A stretch of DNA of 64,000 nt, taken from positions 1,440,001-1,504,000 of the forward strand of contig CM000151.3 in assembly GCA_000004695.1 (NCBI GenBank), read 5' to 3'. Shown one piece after another: positions 15,001 to 27,055 of this stretch (its first letter is position 1; every line of letters starts with the position of its first letter). A program made the translations under genes and the position numbers. The notes below the pieces were generated by a model. The model ran no database searches. It was not told the origin of the DNA and was given only the letters and a program-made list of their open reading frames with translations. This DNA is from Dictyostelium discoideum. Taxonomy: Eukaryota.

Positions 15001-18000
15001 CTGAGCAAGTTCATAGGGAAAGATGTGAGAATGCAGCAATCATCCTACAAACAAAGATTAGACAAATCCTATCAAAGAGAGAAGTTGATAAAAAGTTACG
15101 TGGTATCATTTTAATTCAAGCAAGATGGAGAATGAAATTGGCCAAAAGGGTTTACATACAATTAAGAGCCGAAGCAAGATCATTGCGTACCGTTCAAGAG
15201 CAAAAGAATAAACTTCAAGAGAAACTTGAGGAATTGCAATGGCGTTTAACCTCTGAAGCAAAACGTAAACAACAATTGGAGGATCAAAAAGTTAAATCTG
15301 ATACAACCATTAGTGAGCTTTCAAGTAATAATGATCATCTCGAATTACAATTATCAGAGATTCAATTGAAATATCAAGAATTGGATAAATCAAATCAAAG
15401 CAGTCAATTACAATTATCTGAATGTTTATCAAAACTAGAGGAACAAACTCAACAATTAGATCATTCAAGTAAATTAAATAAAAAACTTGAGAAAGATTTA
15501 TCTGATCAACATGATTCCATCGAGAAATTACAATCACAATTTAATGAAACTGAACAACAATTACAACAATTTAAACAACAATCTGAGGAATTATCAAGTA
15601 AATTATCAAAAACCACTCAACAATTGGATTTCAATAAACAAGAATTTGATAGATTATCTCAAGAGAGAGATACTGATAATACAAATAATCAATTAGAGAT
15701 TCAACAATTAAAGAAAGCAAATTCAACTCTAGAAGAGGATTACTTTAGTTTATCAGGTATTAGAGATAATTTAGAGAGACAAGTATTGGAATTACGTGAT
15801 GAAAATCAATTAATAAAGGAGAGATTAGATTCATTGGGTCAACAATCCTCTCAGTTCCAAAGTGGTGCAGCATTAGAGAAACAACAATTGGAACAATTGG
15901 TTCAAGAACAATCTGAACAATTAATTAAACTTTCCTCAGAGAAATTGGGTAGTGAGGAGGAGGCAAAGAAACAAATCAATCAATTAGAACTTGAACTTAC
16001 TGATCATAAATCTAAATTACAAATTCAATTACAATTGACTGAACAATCCAATGAAAAGATAAAGAAACTCAAAGGTAAATTAGAGGAATATCAAGATGAA
16101 AAGAAACAATTACAACAAGAGCTCGAAAGAATTAAACAATCAAAACAATCGGTTGAAGATGAAAAGAATTCATTAATCACTCAATTAACAACGGTCAAAT
16201 TTGAAAGTACTCAAGTTTCAACCAATGTATCTCATCAAAAAGAAAAGATCACCACATTGAAATCTACAATCGAAGAATTGAATAAATCGATTGGCAAATT
16301 ACAAGCTGAACAAAAGAATAAAGATGACGAGATACGTAAGATTCAATTTGAATTAAATGATCAAAAACAACAATTCACTAGACAAACCAAAGAGTTTTCT
16401 GATCTTCAATCACAACAATCAATCGATAGACAAAAATCAGAGATTACAATTCATTCATTAGAGAGAACCAATGAAACTTTGAAATCCGATTTCGAACGTG
16501 TTCAACAATCATTGAAACAACAAGAGAGAGATTGTCAACAATATAAAGACACAATCAATAGATTAGAGAATGAGGTTAAACAATTGACTCAATTGAAAGA
16601 ACGTTTCGAAAATGAATTCTTTGTTGCAAAGGAACAAAATTCAAATCAAACTCAAGAATCTGTTTATCTAAAAGAGGTTACCACTCAAATGCAACAAAAT
16701 CAATCACGTATCGAAAGAGAATTAGAGGAAAAGAAACAACATATCACTAGAATCGACGATGAACGTGATGAACTCAAGAAACAATTGACTCAACTTCAAC
16801 AACAACATGAACAATCTTCAACTCAATTGCTATTGGCTCAAAATGAATTGGAACGTCTTAGAAAGAAAGAACTAAAATATAAAGAACGTGGTCATGAAAC
16901 TTCCAAACAACAAGATCAATTCAATATGGAGATTCAATCATTACGTATCACCAATAATGATCAATTGAAATCTTTACAAGATTATGAACAAGAGAAAAAG
17001 AAACTCAAAGATAAACTTTCATCCTCTAAACAAGAGGCTCAACAACAACGTGAATCAATCATTAAAATGGATGCTGAATTATCTGCAATTAAACAACATT
17101 CGCAATGGGTTGAAAATTCTTTCACCGATATGAAACAAAGAAATCAAGAACTCATTGAATCAAGTGCACTCTATAAACAACAATTGTTACAACAAACTTC
17201 AACAATCGATTCAACCATCAAAGAGAAAGAGAATGAAATTTCAAAATTACAACAACAACTTGAAACTTCAAATCAACAATTACACCAATTGAAAGAGGAA
17301 TTAAATTCAATGAAACAATCCAATCAATTAGAATCCACCGAACAATCTAAACAATTGAATCAACTCATTCAAGAGAATCAACAATTGAAATCGGTCACCA
17401 ATGAAATCTCTAAACAATTGGATGATGCTGTCTTTGAGAATCAAAAGATTAACAATACAATCAAAGAACAAGAGATCAAATCAAAGAGAATGTCTGTCGA
17501 ATTACAACAACATATCGATGAAGGTAAACAACAAGAGATTCAACAATTACAATCTACAATAGCTCAATTGAAACAACAACAACAATCTGAAACTGATCGT
17601 CTAGAAAAAGAAATTCAACAAATGAAACGTGAAAGAGAAACTCAAATGAAATTGGTAGAGTCTACAAAATTAAATTATCACATGTTGGAGGATCGTATGG
17701 AACTCTATAGAAATGTTATGGAGATCATTGATTACAAAGAAACTGAATGGGAGAAATTGGCAAGATTGGCCGGTTGTAAAGAATTGGATACAAAATTACT
17801 CTCTGATTTCCTTTTATCTTGTAAATTAGAACATACTAGTTTAGGTAGTCAAATGTGGTTCCATCAAATAGATTATTGGTGTCCTTATGAAAGAGACTCA
17901 AGTAAAGGTATCTTTTATGGTATCATTAGATCAATAGTTGATTTCACAATTAAAAACTTTGATGATGTTGATCTTCTCTCCTATTTATTGGCTTGCTGTT

Positions 18001-19004
18001 CTCTTACACTTTTCCTTTATAAAAAGAATTTAGTTAAACATTTAAATGGTGCAAATTCAATTATGCCAATCATACCAACATTGGGAGATTTAGAAGAATT
18101 AAATGAAAGATTATCACATCAATCATTAACAACTAGTGGTAAATTCTCTGGTGGTGGTGGTGGTGGTGGTATTGATTTCATTGATCAATTACAACAAAGT
18201 ACTGGTATAACTTTTGGTTTAATATTTAAAGCTACAACTCTTAAATTATCACCATTGGTTGATGGTGCAATTTTAAATGAAAATTATAATAAGAAATTAA
18301 CATCAATCTCTGCTTCTTCATTTGGTAGTGGTAGTTTTGGTCTTGGTTCTAATGGTGTTGGTAGTGTATTATCAATTGAATTGATTACAACTTATCTCTC
18401 TTCAATCATTACAATATTCCAACATCGTATGGTACATTTTACATTATCACAAAGATTCTTTAATCAAGTATTTTGTTGGATTGGTGCTTTAATAATGAAA
18501 GGTTTCATGTTGAGACAAACTTTTTGTACAGAAACATTTGCTACCTTTGTTAAAACAAAGATTGACTTTTTAACTAGATGGGCCGATGATATTGGTAATG
18601 TTTGGGTTGGTGATGTCGCTAATGCTTTCCAACAAGTTAGAGAGGTCATCAATGTTTTAAATATTAAAGATAAAGAAAAGATCATCGATGATAAAATACG
18701 TAAACAATATTGTCCAACTTTAAATTCAAATCAATTGAAACAAGTCTTATCTTTATTCTCTCCTGGTGAGTTTGGTGGTAAACGTGTCTCTGCTAAAGTT
18801 ATCGCCTCCATTTGTCCACCAAATAAATCCTCTGCTGGTCAATCCTTTGTTCAAGATGAAAACAAATTAAATACAATTCCAATTGATTCTTTACATTATT
18901 TAGAAATTCAAGATATTAAAACACTTTCTTTACCACTCTCTATAAGACAAACAATTGAAACTGAAATCATTAATTTAAAACAACAAATTGCTTGTAAAAA
19001 ATAA
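12059..19004 (+). CDS. myoJ: Class V-type unconventional myosin heavy chain, 2245 aa. It has a motor domain, six IQ motifs, a roughly 1000-aa coiled coil and a C-terminal DIL (dilute) cargo-binding domain. Exons: 12059..12829, 12919..13068 and 13188..19004.
   Basis: Motor-domain motifs are GESGAGKTE and [12 protein letters not shown]|[14 protein letters not shown]...NYHIFYQ|LLSGASEE. The two tiny introns have donors GTAAAAA at 12830 and GTAAGT at 13069, and acceptors tag at 12916-18 and cag at 13185-87. IQ motifs ([14 protein letters not shown]..., [14 protein letters not shown]... and others) fall near nt 14750-15180. A long Q/E/K-rich heptad region follows, then a DIL-like tail (...[42 protein letters not shown]...). 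The exon sum is 257+50+1938 = 2245 aa, which is the length I recall for Dictyostelium MyoJ (Myo5B). The symbol is assigned from memory of that length and domain order, not from a search. Confidence 0.8.
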
Positions 19005-19248
19005 TAATAAAAAAAATAAAAAATAAAATTTTATAAAAATTTAAAATTATTAATTTGTAAAAATAAAAAGCTTTGTAATAATTATAACTATAATAAAATT
19101 TTATTTGGTTTCTTTTTTTTTTTTGATTGGATTTCTTGTAAATTTGGTAATATTTGGTAATTTGAAGTTCATATTAAGGAATTATAATTTTGAAATATAG
19201 TGTTGTTATTTTTACAATCATTACTACTTTTTTTTTTTTTTTTTTTTA

Positions 19249-19990
19249 AAAAAGACATCCTGTTTTTAAATAATTTAGTATTTAAAATTAAATAAATCAA
19301 ATAATAAAATTATAAGAGTATTTGATTAGATGAATTGGTCGAAGGAGCTAAGATTCGGAAGCACCGATTTTTGGAATATAATATACTTTTCCAGCTAATT
19401 TTCCTTAATTAATTTAAGGAAATTGTTTGGGTCTTTAAATTTGTATGAAAGTTTAAATTTTTTTTTTTTTTTTTTTTTCATTAATATTTATTAATCACAG
19501 TTTATCCATCCATAATTAATGGTTTTATCTATTTATTTTAATTTTAGAAAGTAAAGAAGATACTCCTTTTATTCATTTGATTTTTTTTTTTTAGGATTGA
19601 TGAGATCAATTTTCTATAAAAAAAAAAATCAGTTGCTTAGATTGATTGATCGAATGAGACAGGATTCGGGAGCACTGATTCAGGAATACAATATACTTTG
19701 CAAGTTAGTTTCCTTTAATAAAATCATTTAGGTCATTAAAATTTCTCTGATCTCTTTAAATCTTTTGCTTTTTATTATTTAATTCTTGAGTAGTTTATAG
19801 CATTTATTAAATTAGGTCGTTGTAATTCTAATGTTCCCTTACATTAAAGAAAAAATGACCATGTGGGTCTAGATTTTCTTTATGGTGGAGAAGTTCAATG
19901 GTGAACTTCTTGCATGATTTTTTTTTTTTAACTTAATATTAAAAATAAGGATTAACCAAGTAAGATAAAGAAAAGCACTTCCCAATTTAA
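19249..19990. repeat. Series of oligo(T)-tailed modules, oligo(A) on the minus strand, including two diverged copies of a roughly 90-bp core (about 19322-19410 and 19640-19730)
   Basis: Copy A reads gattagatgaattggtcgaaggagctaagattcggaagcaccgatttttggaatataatatacttttccagctaattttcctt. Copy B reads gcttagattgattgatcgaatgagacaggattcgggagcactgattcaggaatacaatatactttgcaagttagtttccttt. They are about 75% identical. T-runs sit at 19229-19247, 19441-19466, 19581-19590 and 19911-19921. The modules lie just 3' (minus sense) of the TRE-like element. Confidence 0.5.
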
Positions 19991-20128
19991 TCAACATTTT
20001 TTTTTTTTTTTTTTTTTTGATATAAATAAACTATTGTAGTATACGATTAGTATGTTATTTTTATTTATTTATTTTAGGTTTTTTAGTTTTTGTGAATTTA
20101 AAATGGTATGTTATTTTAGATTAGGTAA

Positions 20129-23100
20129 TTAATAATTAATTGGTGGTGTAATTGTTGGAATTGGTTCATTTGTGTTTATGCTCCATTCTTTTTTAAATTT
20201 TTTGATTGTTTCGGACCATTGGGTTTCTTTTTGAGTTTTTGTGAGGTTGTTTTTAATTGAGTATTGGTTGAAGTTTGATAATGTTCTTGAATATTCCAAT
20301 CTTATTAGCTTGTGCCATTTTGATTTTAATATATCATAATCTAGTGTTGTGTTGTTTATTTGATTGTTCCGATTATCAAATGATTGAGTTATATTGATGT
20401 CAAATAATGATTTGCATAACCATATCCATATTTGGTGAATAACTAATGAGATTATGTTCCAATATGCATGTGTTCTGACTAGATCAAGATTTGTGTTTAT
20501 ATAATTCCAGTTGAACCTGTATTTTTTATATTGTGCGTTTTCTGCAAAATGAAAATTAATATTGATAGTTGGATCTGGTTTAAATGCTTTGTTGTTTGTT
20601 TGTGGTTTATAAATGAGTGTGTATAATTTTGTTGTTTGGTTTTTTGTTAGTGACCAGTTTTTGTTTCTATTGCAATTTTTATATAAAAAATATTTTAATT
20701 TGTCGTGGTTTATGAAGTTGATTGTGTGCTGACAATTGAAAAACAAATGACCATAGGGATCATTATTCATTTCATTGTTGCAAATGGGGCAAACTTTGTT
20801 GTGTAGATGATTAATTGGAAGACATCTAGCATGGAATCTTTGCATTGTATCACGGCCTTTTGGATCTTTTAATTTTTGAATTTTGACAAATAGTTGGTCG
20901 TATGTGTATTTCCATAATAGTTGTATTGATTGTTGGTGCGAAGTAAGAAGTAGATCTGAATATTTCTTGCCAACATAGTCTTTTGATTTGCATTGGTGAT
21001 TGTTGAGTATTGTCGAGTAGAATTCTTTGAGTGTTGGTGGTAGTGAAATATTATTTGTGGTTAATGTTAGAGAGGTTTGGTTTTTTATTAATATTGGTTG
21101 TAGGATTTGAACTTTATCTTTTAGATGTCCAATTTGAGTTGCATAGTTTTCCCATTTTTTTGATTTTTATAAGGTATGGAGAAGAGATTGATTTGTTGAT
21201 GATTTGATCCATCCAACTTATCATGTATATTGAATTGTTTGCAGATTTATGCATTTGTAAAAATCTGTTGTATATCCAAATCTTTTGAGCAACTTGTCGT
21301 AATTGTATATTCCACATACCCCAACCACCTTCTTTTAATGGTTTTAATGATCTATCATAACACATCAAAGGTATTTTTGCACGGAATGGATGGTTGATGT
21401 GTTGTTTTTAATGGAATTGGTATTAGAGTTGGTGATTCAGAATTTGCGGGAGAATTCATAAACCATGAGATTAATTTATTAATTTGAATTTCTTCATCTT
21501 TTGTAAATTCTTCAAGGTATGATAAATATGTTATTGGTGATAGTGAGTAGGTGTTTATGATGGTTGTTTTTGTTTTTAATGTTGTGCCACTAGTTTTCCA
21601 TAGTACTAATGATTTAATCAGTGTTTTCATTGTTTCTGGTAATTTCCTATGTAAACCCCCTATGATTAAAGAAATAGCCAAGGACTCTTTCTGATTGATC
21701 TTTTTTGGTTATTGGGATTCTTTTTGATTGTGGAATGTTGTTTATTATGTGTTTATCAGTGATTTTGTGGGGGTTGATTTCTATTATTGCACTTTTGTCA
21801 AAATTTAATGATGATGATGTTGAAGCGCAGAAATTATCGAAATGTTTGATTGATTGTTGTTGTTGTTCGTAGTTGATGTTGTATGTTGTAGAGTCGTCTG
21901 CAAATTGGGTAAATTTGATTTTAATTTGTGGATTGGGTGAAATTGGTAATCCAATTATTGAATTGTCTGCATTTATTGTTCTTGCTAATATTTCAATTAC
22001 AATTACAAATAAAGTGGCTGAGATTGGGTCACCTTGTTTTACACCTCTTTTAATATCGAATTTTCTGGTCGTTTTACCATTAATTGAAATTTTTGCTTGT
22101 GAGTCAGATAATAGCTTGTGGATTAAATTTATTAATTTTATTGGTATACCAATATGAATTAATGTTCTTTTAATGCTATCGTGAGAGATAGAATCAAATG
22201 CTTTAAAGAAGTCAAATAGTGTGATGATACCAGGGAGGTTTTTAGATTTGAGGTAGTTGATTAATTCATTGATGTTGATGATGTTGTCTATGATGAATCT
22301 GTGGGGTACGAAACCAGTTTGGTTGTTATTGATGATGAAAGGAAGTATTCTCAGAAGACGTGCATTGATTACTTTGAGAGGGATCTTGTAATCAGTGTTT
22401 AGAAGTGTAATGGGACGACGATTTGATATGAGTAAGGGGTTGCCTTTCTGGTATATTGTGTGTATAAGACCTTCGGTGAATTCTGTTGTGATGTGGTGTG
22501 GATTTTCTAGTATATCGTTGAATAATGTAGTGAGAATTGGTTTAACTTGGTTTAAATGATTAATGTAAAATGCATTTGTAACTCCATCTGGACCGGGTGA
22601 TTTGTTGGGGTTACTGGTTTTAATTGCAGCTTCAACTTCATCTTTTATAAAAGGTGAGTCTAAACCATTCCAATATTCATTTTTTATGATGGGCCATGTG
22701 TTTAGCATGAGCTAGTGAGTAATTGGACAACATATTTGTAAGCTATATAGATTTGTGTAGAATTCAACAAAAGCATTTTCAATTTGGTCGGGGTCGGATG
22801 TAATGATGTTTCCATATTGGATTGATTCAATTTTTGCATCTTTTGATCTTTTGTTTAGTATTGCTGATAGATACTTGCTAGGTATTTCTCCATTTATATG
22901 TTTTTTTAATATGTTTGTGTGGTTTTGATGTAATTTGTTTTTGTTACATATAATATTGTATTCAGTGATGCATTGTTCTTCAAGATGTTTGAATTTTGCT
23001 GCTTTTTCTAATAGTATTTGTTTTGCACGTTGAGTTTGTTTGTCTTTGTTATATTGATAGTTTTTTAGAGTTTTAATAATTTTTGATTTTACTTTTGACC

Positions 23101-23953
23101 AATTTGTAAATTGATTGTTGATGTGTTATTGTGATTAGTTATTAAATGATTGATAATATTGATTGCTTCATGGTCATTTGCAGTACCAGGTGATAATATC
23201 CATCTTTTCTTATGTTTATTTATTTGAAAAGGTGAAGAAATTGTTGTTGATATTGGATTATGATCTGATAATGAAGATGGAATTTGGTGGACTTGTGTAT
23301 ATATATTTTCAGGGTCTATTCTATTGTATTGAGTATATATTCTATCTAATCTGTTACCATGTGTATGAGTTGGAGTGGTTTTTAAATTCACCTTGATCAA
23401 TTAGATGGTGTTGGTATGTGTAGGATTGGATAATATCATCTAATAGTGAATTGTCGTTGTGGATACAGTTGAAATCTCCTGCGATAATAGATACATGTTG
23501 GGATTGGTTTGGTATTGGGTTTGTTGAGTGGTTGTGGAGAAGTGTTTGTAGTGAAGTTGCATATGAATTCTTTTTGATGGTATTATTTGATGCTGGTGCG
23601 TAAATTCCAAGAATACCAATTGGTAATTGATTTGGAAATATAACGTCTGCTAAAATAGCTCTACCATCAATTGTTGATATGTGTTTGAGTTTGAGTGTGT
23701 TTGGGTTATGGTTAATGATGATTACACCATTTCCTCGTTTGGTGACAGAGATGATGTGATCGGGAAAATCATGTTTAAGTTGTAATGGTGATGAATTGAG
23801 TTCAGTGAGTATTGAAATTGTTGGACGCGGTGTAAGTTTTGATATAAGTAGTTGTAGTGTGTCAACAGGTTTTTGGTAGGAATTGTGGTGATTGTTGGGG
23901 TTTTCAGTGAATCCTCTACAATTCCATGTTATAAAGTTGATTTTTGAGCTCAT
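20129..23953 (-). pseudogene. TRE-like ORF2 with endonuclease, reverse transcriptase and a C-terminal Cys-rich domain, broken by multiple frameshifts
   Basis: The six-frame pieces are 23354..23953, 23089..23400, 21647..22708, 21355..21681, 21114..21368 and 20129..20845, all on the minus strand. They are collinear but fall in different frames. Confidence 0.7.
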
Positions 23954-25156
23954 ACCTTACTAGGTTTGGAAGCACCAGTATTGACTGGTTGTGTAGTCAG
24001 GGCATTGCTGCTTCTTCTTGGATTTATTGGATTTGGAGTTGGTGCACTTGGTTTGTTTGGTTGAGATTGTAGAGGTTTTTGTGGTACAATTGTTGGATCG
24101 GTTGGATTGCTCATTGATAATGAGTTTTTCCCGTTATTATTATTTGAAGAATCACTTTTGTGTGAAATTTCATTATTGTTTTGGGATTGATTGTTAATAT
24201 CAAGTGATTCATTTAGTATAGCTTTTGAACCACTATTTTGAAGTGAGTTATTATTGCGATTGGAATTTGCAATTTCGTTGATTGGTGGGGTGTTAATGTT
24301 GTTTTTTGGTGGTTGATTGTTTTTGTTCATGTTTGGGTTTGTGATGGCATTTTTTATAGTTGTTGCCATATCTGCATTTTTTGCATGTTGAATTTTGTGT
24401 TTAGTGACACTACGTGTTGCAGCTTTGATATATCTTGTGATACCAGATGGTTGTTCGATCTTTTGATCAACAATGTTGTGTGTGTGATCAATTAGATGAT
24501 ATGTTATAATGTAACTTTTAAACGCAACAGCATATGAGTATGTGACAGTAAATGATTCAATTGATGTACAACTGGTGAATTTAGTGAGGTTGTTTGTAAT
24601 TGCCTCGTTTGCATGTTTGGGTGAGTACGTTTTAATGAATGTTTTAATGATTGCATAATCATTTGATGATATATCGAATCTATAGTTGAGTTTGTCGATA
24701 TTTAGTGCAAGTTGGTTTTGAAGGTTGATTATTGAAGTTAATTTATCAACGTTGCAATTTACGAAGGCAGTTGCACCAATTATTTTAAATGCTGATGGCG
24801 ACAGTATATCTTCGAAGAGTTTGTGAATGTTTTTGTGAATTTGTTGGATTCTTGTGTCATCTTTAGAGGTTAATTCTTCACGGATGTGTGGTTGATTAAA
24901 GTAACACTTAATGTTGATGGTGTTATTGTTTTTTTCTAAGAAAGAGAGTGGTCTTGTGATTGATGGAGGTGCAATGATATCTAATTGATTATCAAGTCCT
25001 TTGTTTAGTGAGAGTTGGTTTGTTGGGGTTTGTTTTTTAGGTGTGTCGATTTTTGCACTTTTGTTTTTTGTTGTTGAGGTTGTGGAGGTATTATTTGTAG
25101 GTTGTGTTGTTATCTGTATGATTTAACTGTAATTCAGTTGAGTGATCATCAGCCAT
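23950..25156 (-). pseudogene. TRE-like ORF1 with one apparent frameshift near the N-terminus
   Basis: The minus strand reads ATGGCTGATGATCAC... (MADDHSTELQLNHTDNNTTYK*). From the +1 frame a continuous frame follows: ...NNTSTTSTTKNKSAKIDTPKK...HAKNADMATTIKNAITNP...ASKPSKV, ending at 23950. Confidence 0.55.
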
Positions 25157-25311
25157 TGTTGAAAAGTATATAGGACGATAGCCCTTGCTTTATTGAGCAA
25201 AAAAAGGGTAAAATTAAGAGGAATGAATGTGGCGGTGAAGATATAACAGTGATTTATTTATTATATGTATAAATTCTCGTTTATTTCTTTGTTTTTTCGG
25301 TATCAACATAT

Positions 25312-25322
25312 AGAATCGAACC
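25312..25322 (-). promoter_or_regulatory. External B box (exB, GGTTCGATTCT) about 29 bp downstream of tRNA-Phe
   Basis: The minus-strand sequence GGTTCGATTCT matches the B-box consensus GGTTCGANTCC. Dictyostelium tRNA genes often carry a second, external B box downstream (established knowledge). Confidence 0.6.
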
Positions 25323-25350
25323 GGCGATCATACCAACAATTAAAAAAATT

Positions 25351-25424
25351 TGCCTCAGGCCGGGATCGAACCAGCGACCTTAAGATCTTCAGTCTCACGC
25401 TCGTACCAACTGAGCTACTAAGGC
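25351..25424 (-). tRNA. tRNA-Phe, anticodon GAA
   Basis: The minus-strand sequence GCCTTAGTAGCTCAGTTGGTACGAGCGTGAGACTGAAGATCTTAAGGTCGCTGGTTCGATCCCGGCCTGAGGCA folds as a cloverleaf with a 7-bp acceptor stem, the D-loop AGTTGGTA, the anticodon loop CTGAAGA and the T-loop TTCGATC. It is 74 nt with discriminator A, is followed by a T-rich Pol III terminator, and has no encoded CCA. Confidence 0.9.
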
Positions 25425-25480
25425 TTTTATGAAATTTCTGTTTTTTATAGCAGTATAAATATTATAAAACGGAAAAAAAA

Positions 25481-25810
25481 CAAATCTCTTTTTTTGATTA
25501 TTTCATTTTTCATATAAAAAAGACTTAAAAAACAAATAAATAAATAAATAAACTATCTTAAAAAGCCATCTTTTTACTTTATTGTAATTTATTATTTGTT
25601 TCGTTTTGAGAATTTTGCGTAGCAAAATTTTCAAAAAAAAGCAAAAAATAATCAGATCGAAAAAAAACAAACAACAACAACAATCTCTTTTTTTGATTAT
25701 TTCATTTTTCATATAAAAAAGACTTAAAAAACAAATAAATAAATAAATAAACTATCTTGGACAAAAAAGATGTTTTAATCAAAAGTAATAATACAATTCA
25801 AAATTCGAAA

Positions 25811-25851
<41 letters not shown>

Positions 25852-26150
25852 TAAACCAACCCCTCTTTTAGAGACCCTGTAAAAAAAAAAAAATAAAATA
25901 AAATAAAATGAGATCTAGCATCTCAAGGAGAAGCAAATAATAATTGCGTTATCCAATTCAAAAAAAAAAAAAAAATATTATAAAACTCTTAGACCATGTA
26001 AAAAAAACTAAAAATAAAATGAGATCTAACATCTCAAGGAGAAGCAACTAATAATTGCGTTATCCAATTCAAAAAAAAAAAAAAATATTATAAAATATTT
26101 TCAAAGAGAAGCAACTAATAAATGCGTTATCCAATTCAAAAAAAAAATAT
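25481..26150. repeat. Repeat cluster immediately 5' of tRNA-Phe. It holds a 77-bp direct repeat at 25481-25557 and 25681-25757, plus about 2.5 tandem copies of a roughly 120-bp unit at about 25870-26150.
   Basis: The 77-bp repeat is caaatctctttttttgattatttcatttttcatataaaaaagacttaaaaaacaaataaataaataaataaactatctt, present twice about 200 bp apart. The tandem unit reads ...gaccatgtaaaaaa..aaaatgagatctaRcatctcaaggagaagcaaMtaataattgcgttatccaattcaaaaaaaaa..atattataaaa... The first copy starts about 57 bp upstream of the tRNA 5' end. Confidence 0.6.
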
Positions 26151-27055
26151 TGACAATCAAAAATGTCGAATTTTCCCTTTTGATGGTTTTCTGTAGATAA
26201 TAACCCAAAAATGGTCATTACTTTTATTGAAGCTATAGTCGTTCGTTACAATAATAAAAATTAGTATTATTTTAATTATTCACTTTTAGCAGATTATGTC
26301 AACTCATTTAATAAAATATAAAATGTAAATTAAAATATTATTATCAGTTTTTTTTTTTGGATTTTACTATTTAATAATAAATAAATCTTATTTGTTTTTT
26401 CAATTCTATGTATATTCAATCAATTTAATTTAATTATAAAATATAAAGAGAATTGAAAAATTAAATAATTTAAGATTAAATAGATCACTTTTGTTAAATT
26501 TACTTTTGTTCCATTTGCTTTACTTTTATTTTCTTTTTTTTACATAGACTACTTTTGTAACACAGTTATAAATTATGTATCGAAAGAATTCTTTGTAATG
26601 AAAGTAAATGTATCTAAATTAAATGTAACAAAGTATATGTAACGAAAGTGTTCTATTGTAATCCAATCGAAAGTAATAATTATTCTTTCTTTACTTCTTT
26701 TATTGATAGTGTAGAGTTATAGATATTAAAAAAAAAAAAAAAACAAAGTTGCATTAGAATACACAAAATGCATTAATGAAATATTCCAAGAAAAAAAAAA
26801 AAATATTCCTGAAATAAAAAAACGGCAAGTTTGAAAAAGGATAAGGAAATTTTCTTTTTTTTTTTGTTCTAAAGTACACTTTTTTATTTTTTTTTTTATT
26901 TTTTTTTTTAATTATCAGATTGATAAATTATAAATTTTGTAAATTTGATTTGAACTATAATGAATAAATTATTGTGAAGAAAAAAAAAAAGGGAAATAAA
27001 AATGGAAAAAAAAAAAAGTATAAAAAAAAAAATTTTGAAAAAAACTCTTTTTCTT

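Larger units (their letters stand above)
19991..25290 (-). mobile_element. Near full-length tRNA gene-targeted non-LTR (LINE-like) retrotransposon of the TRE3 kind. It sits downstream of tRNA-Phe in the same orientation. ORF1 and ORF2 are disrupted by frameshifts, so this is a degenerate copy.
   Basis: ORF1 is about 25156..23950. Its ATG is followed by a +1 frameshift after about 21 codons, then an uninterrupted frame down to 23950. ORF2 begins at 23953, overlapping the ORF1 stop, and opens with an APE-type endonuclease (MSSKINFITWNCRGF...). The reverse-transcriptase region at 22708..21647 carries ...QFADDSTTY... ORF2 ends with a Cys/His-rich tail at 20845..20129 (HARCLPINHLHNKVCPICN...PYGHLFFNCQHT). 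ORF2 is split across at least six different frames. A 3'UTR of about 110 bp is followed by A28 on the minus strand, which is the T-run at 19991-20018. The 5' end is inferred to lie 20-100 bp beyond the external B box of tRNA-Phe. Confidence 0.75.

Noticed and set aside
12228-18685. Several 60-100-aa ORFs antisense to or out of frame with the myosin gene
   Set aside because: They lie inside a continuous, motif-validated 2245-aa reading frame, so they are chance ORFs.
25290-25345. Partial tRNA-like T-arm (GGTTCGATTCT) next to tRNA-Phe that could be a tRNA pseudogene fragment
   Set aside because: It has no matching T-stem, D-arm or anticodon arm. Its position, about 29 bp downstream of the tRNA, and its sequence fit the Dictyostelium external B box instead. 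The same arrangement recurs downstream of tRNA-Ile.
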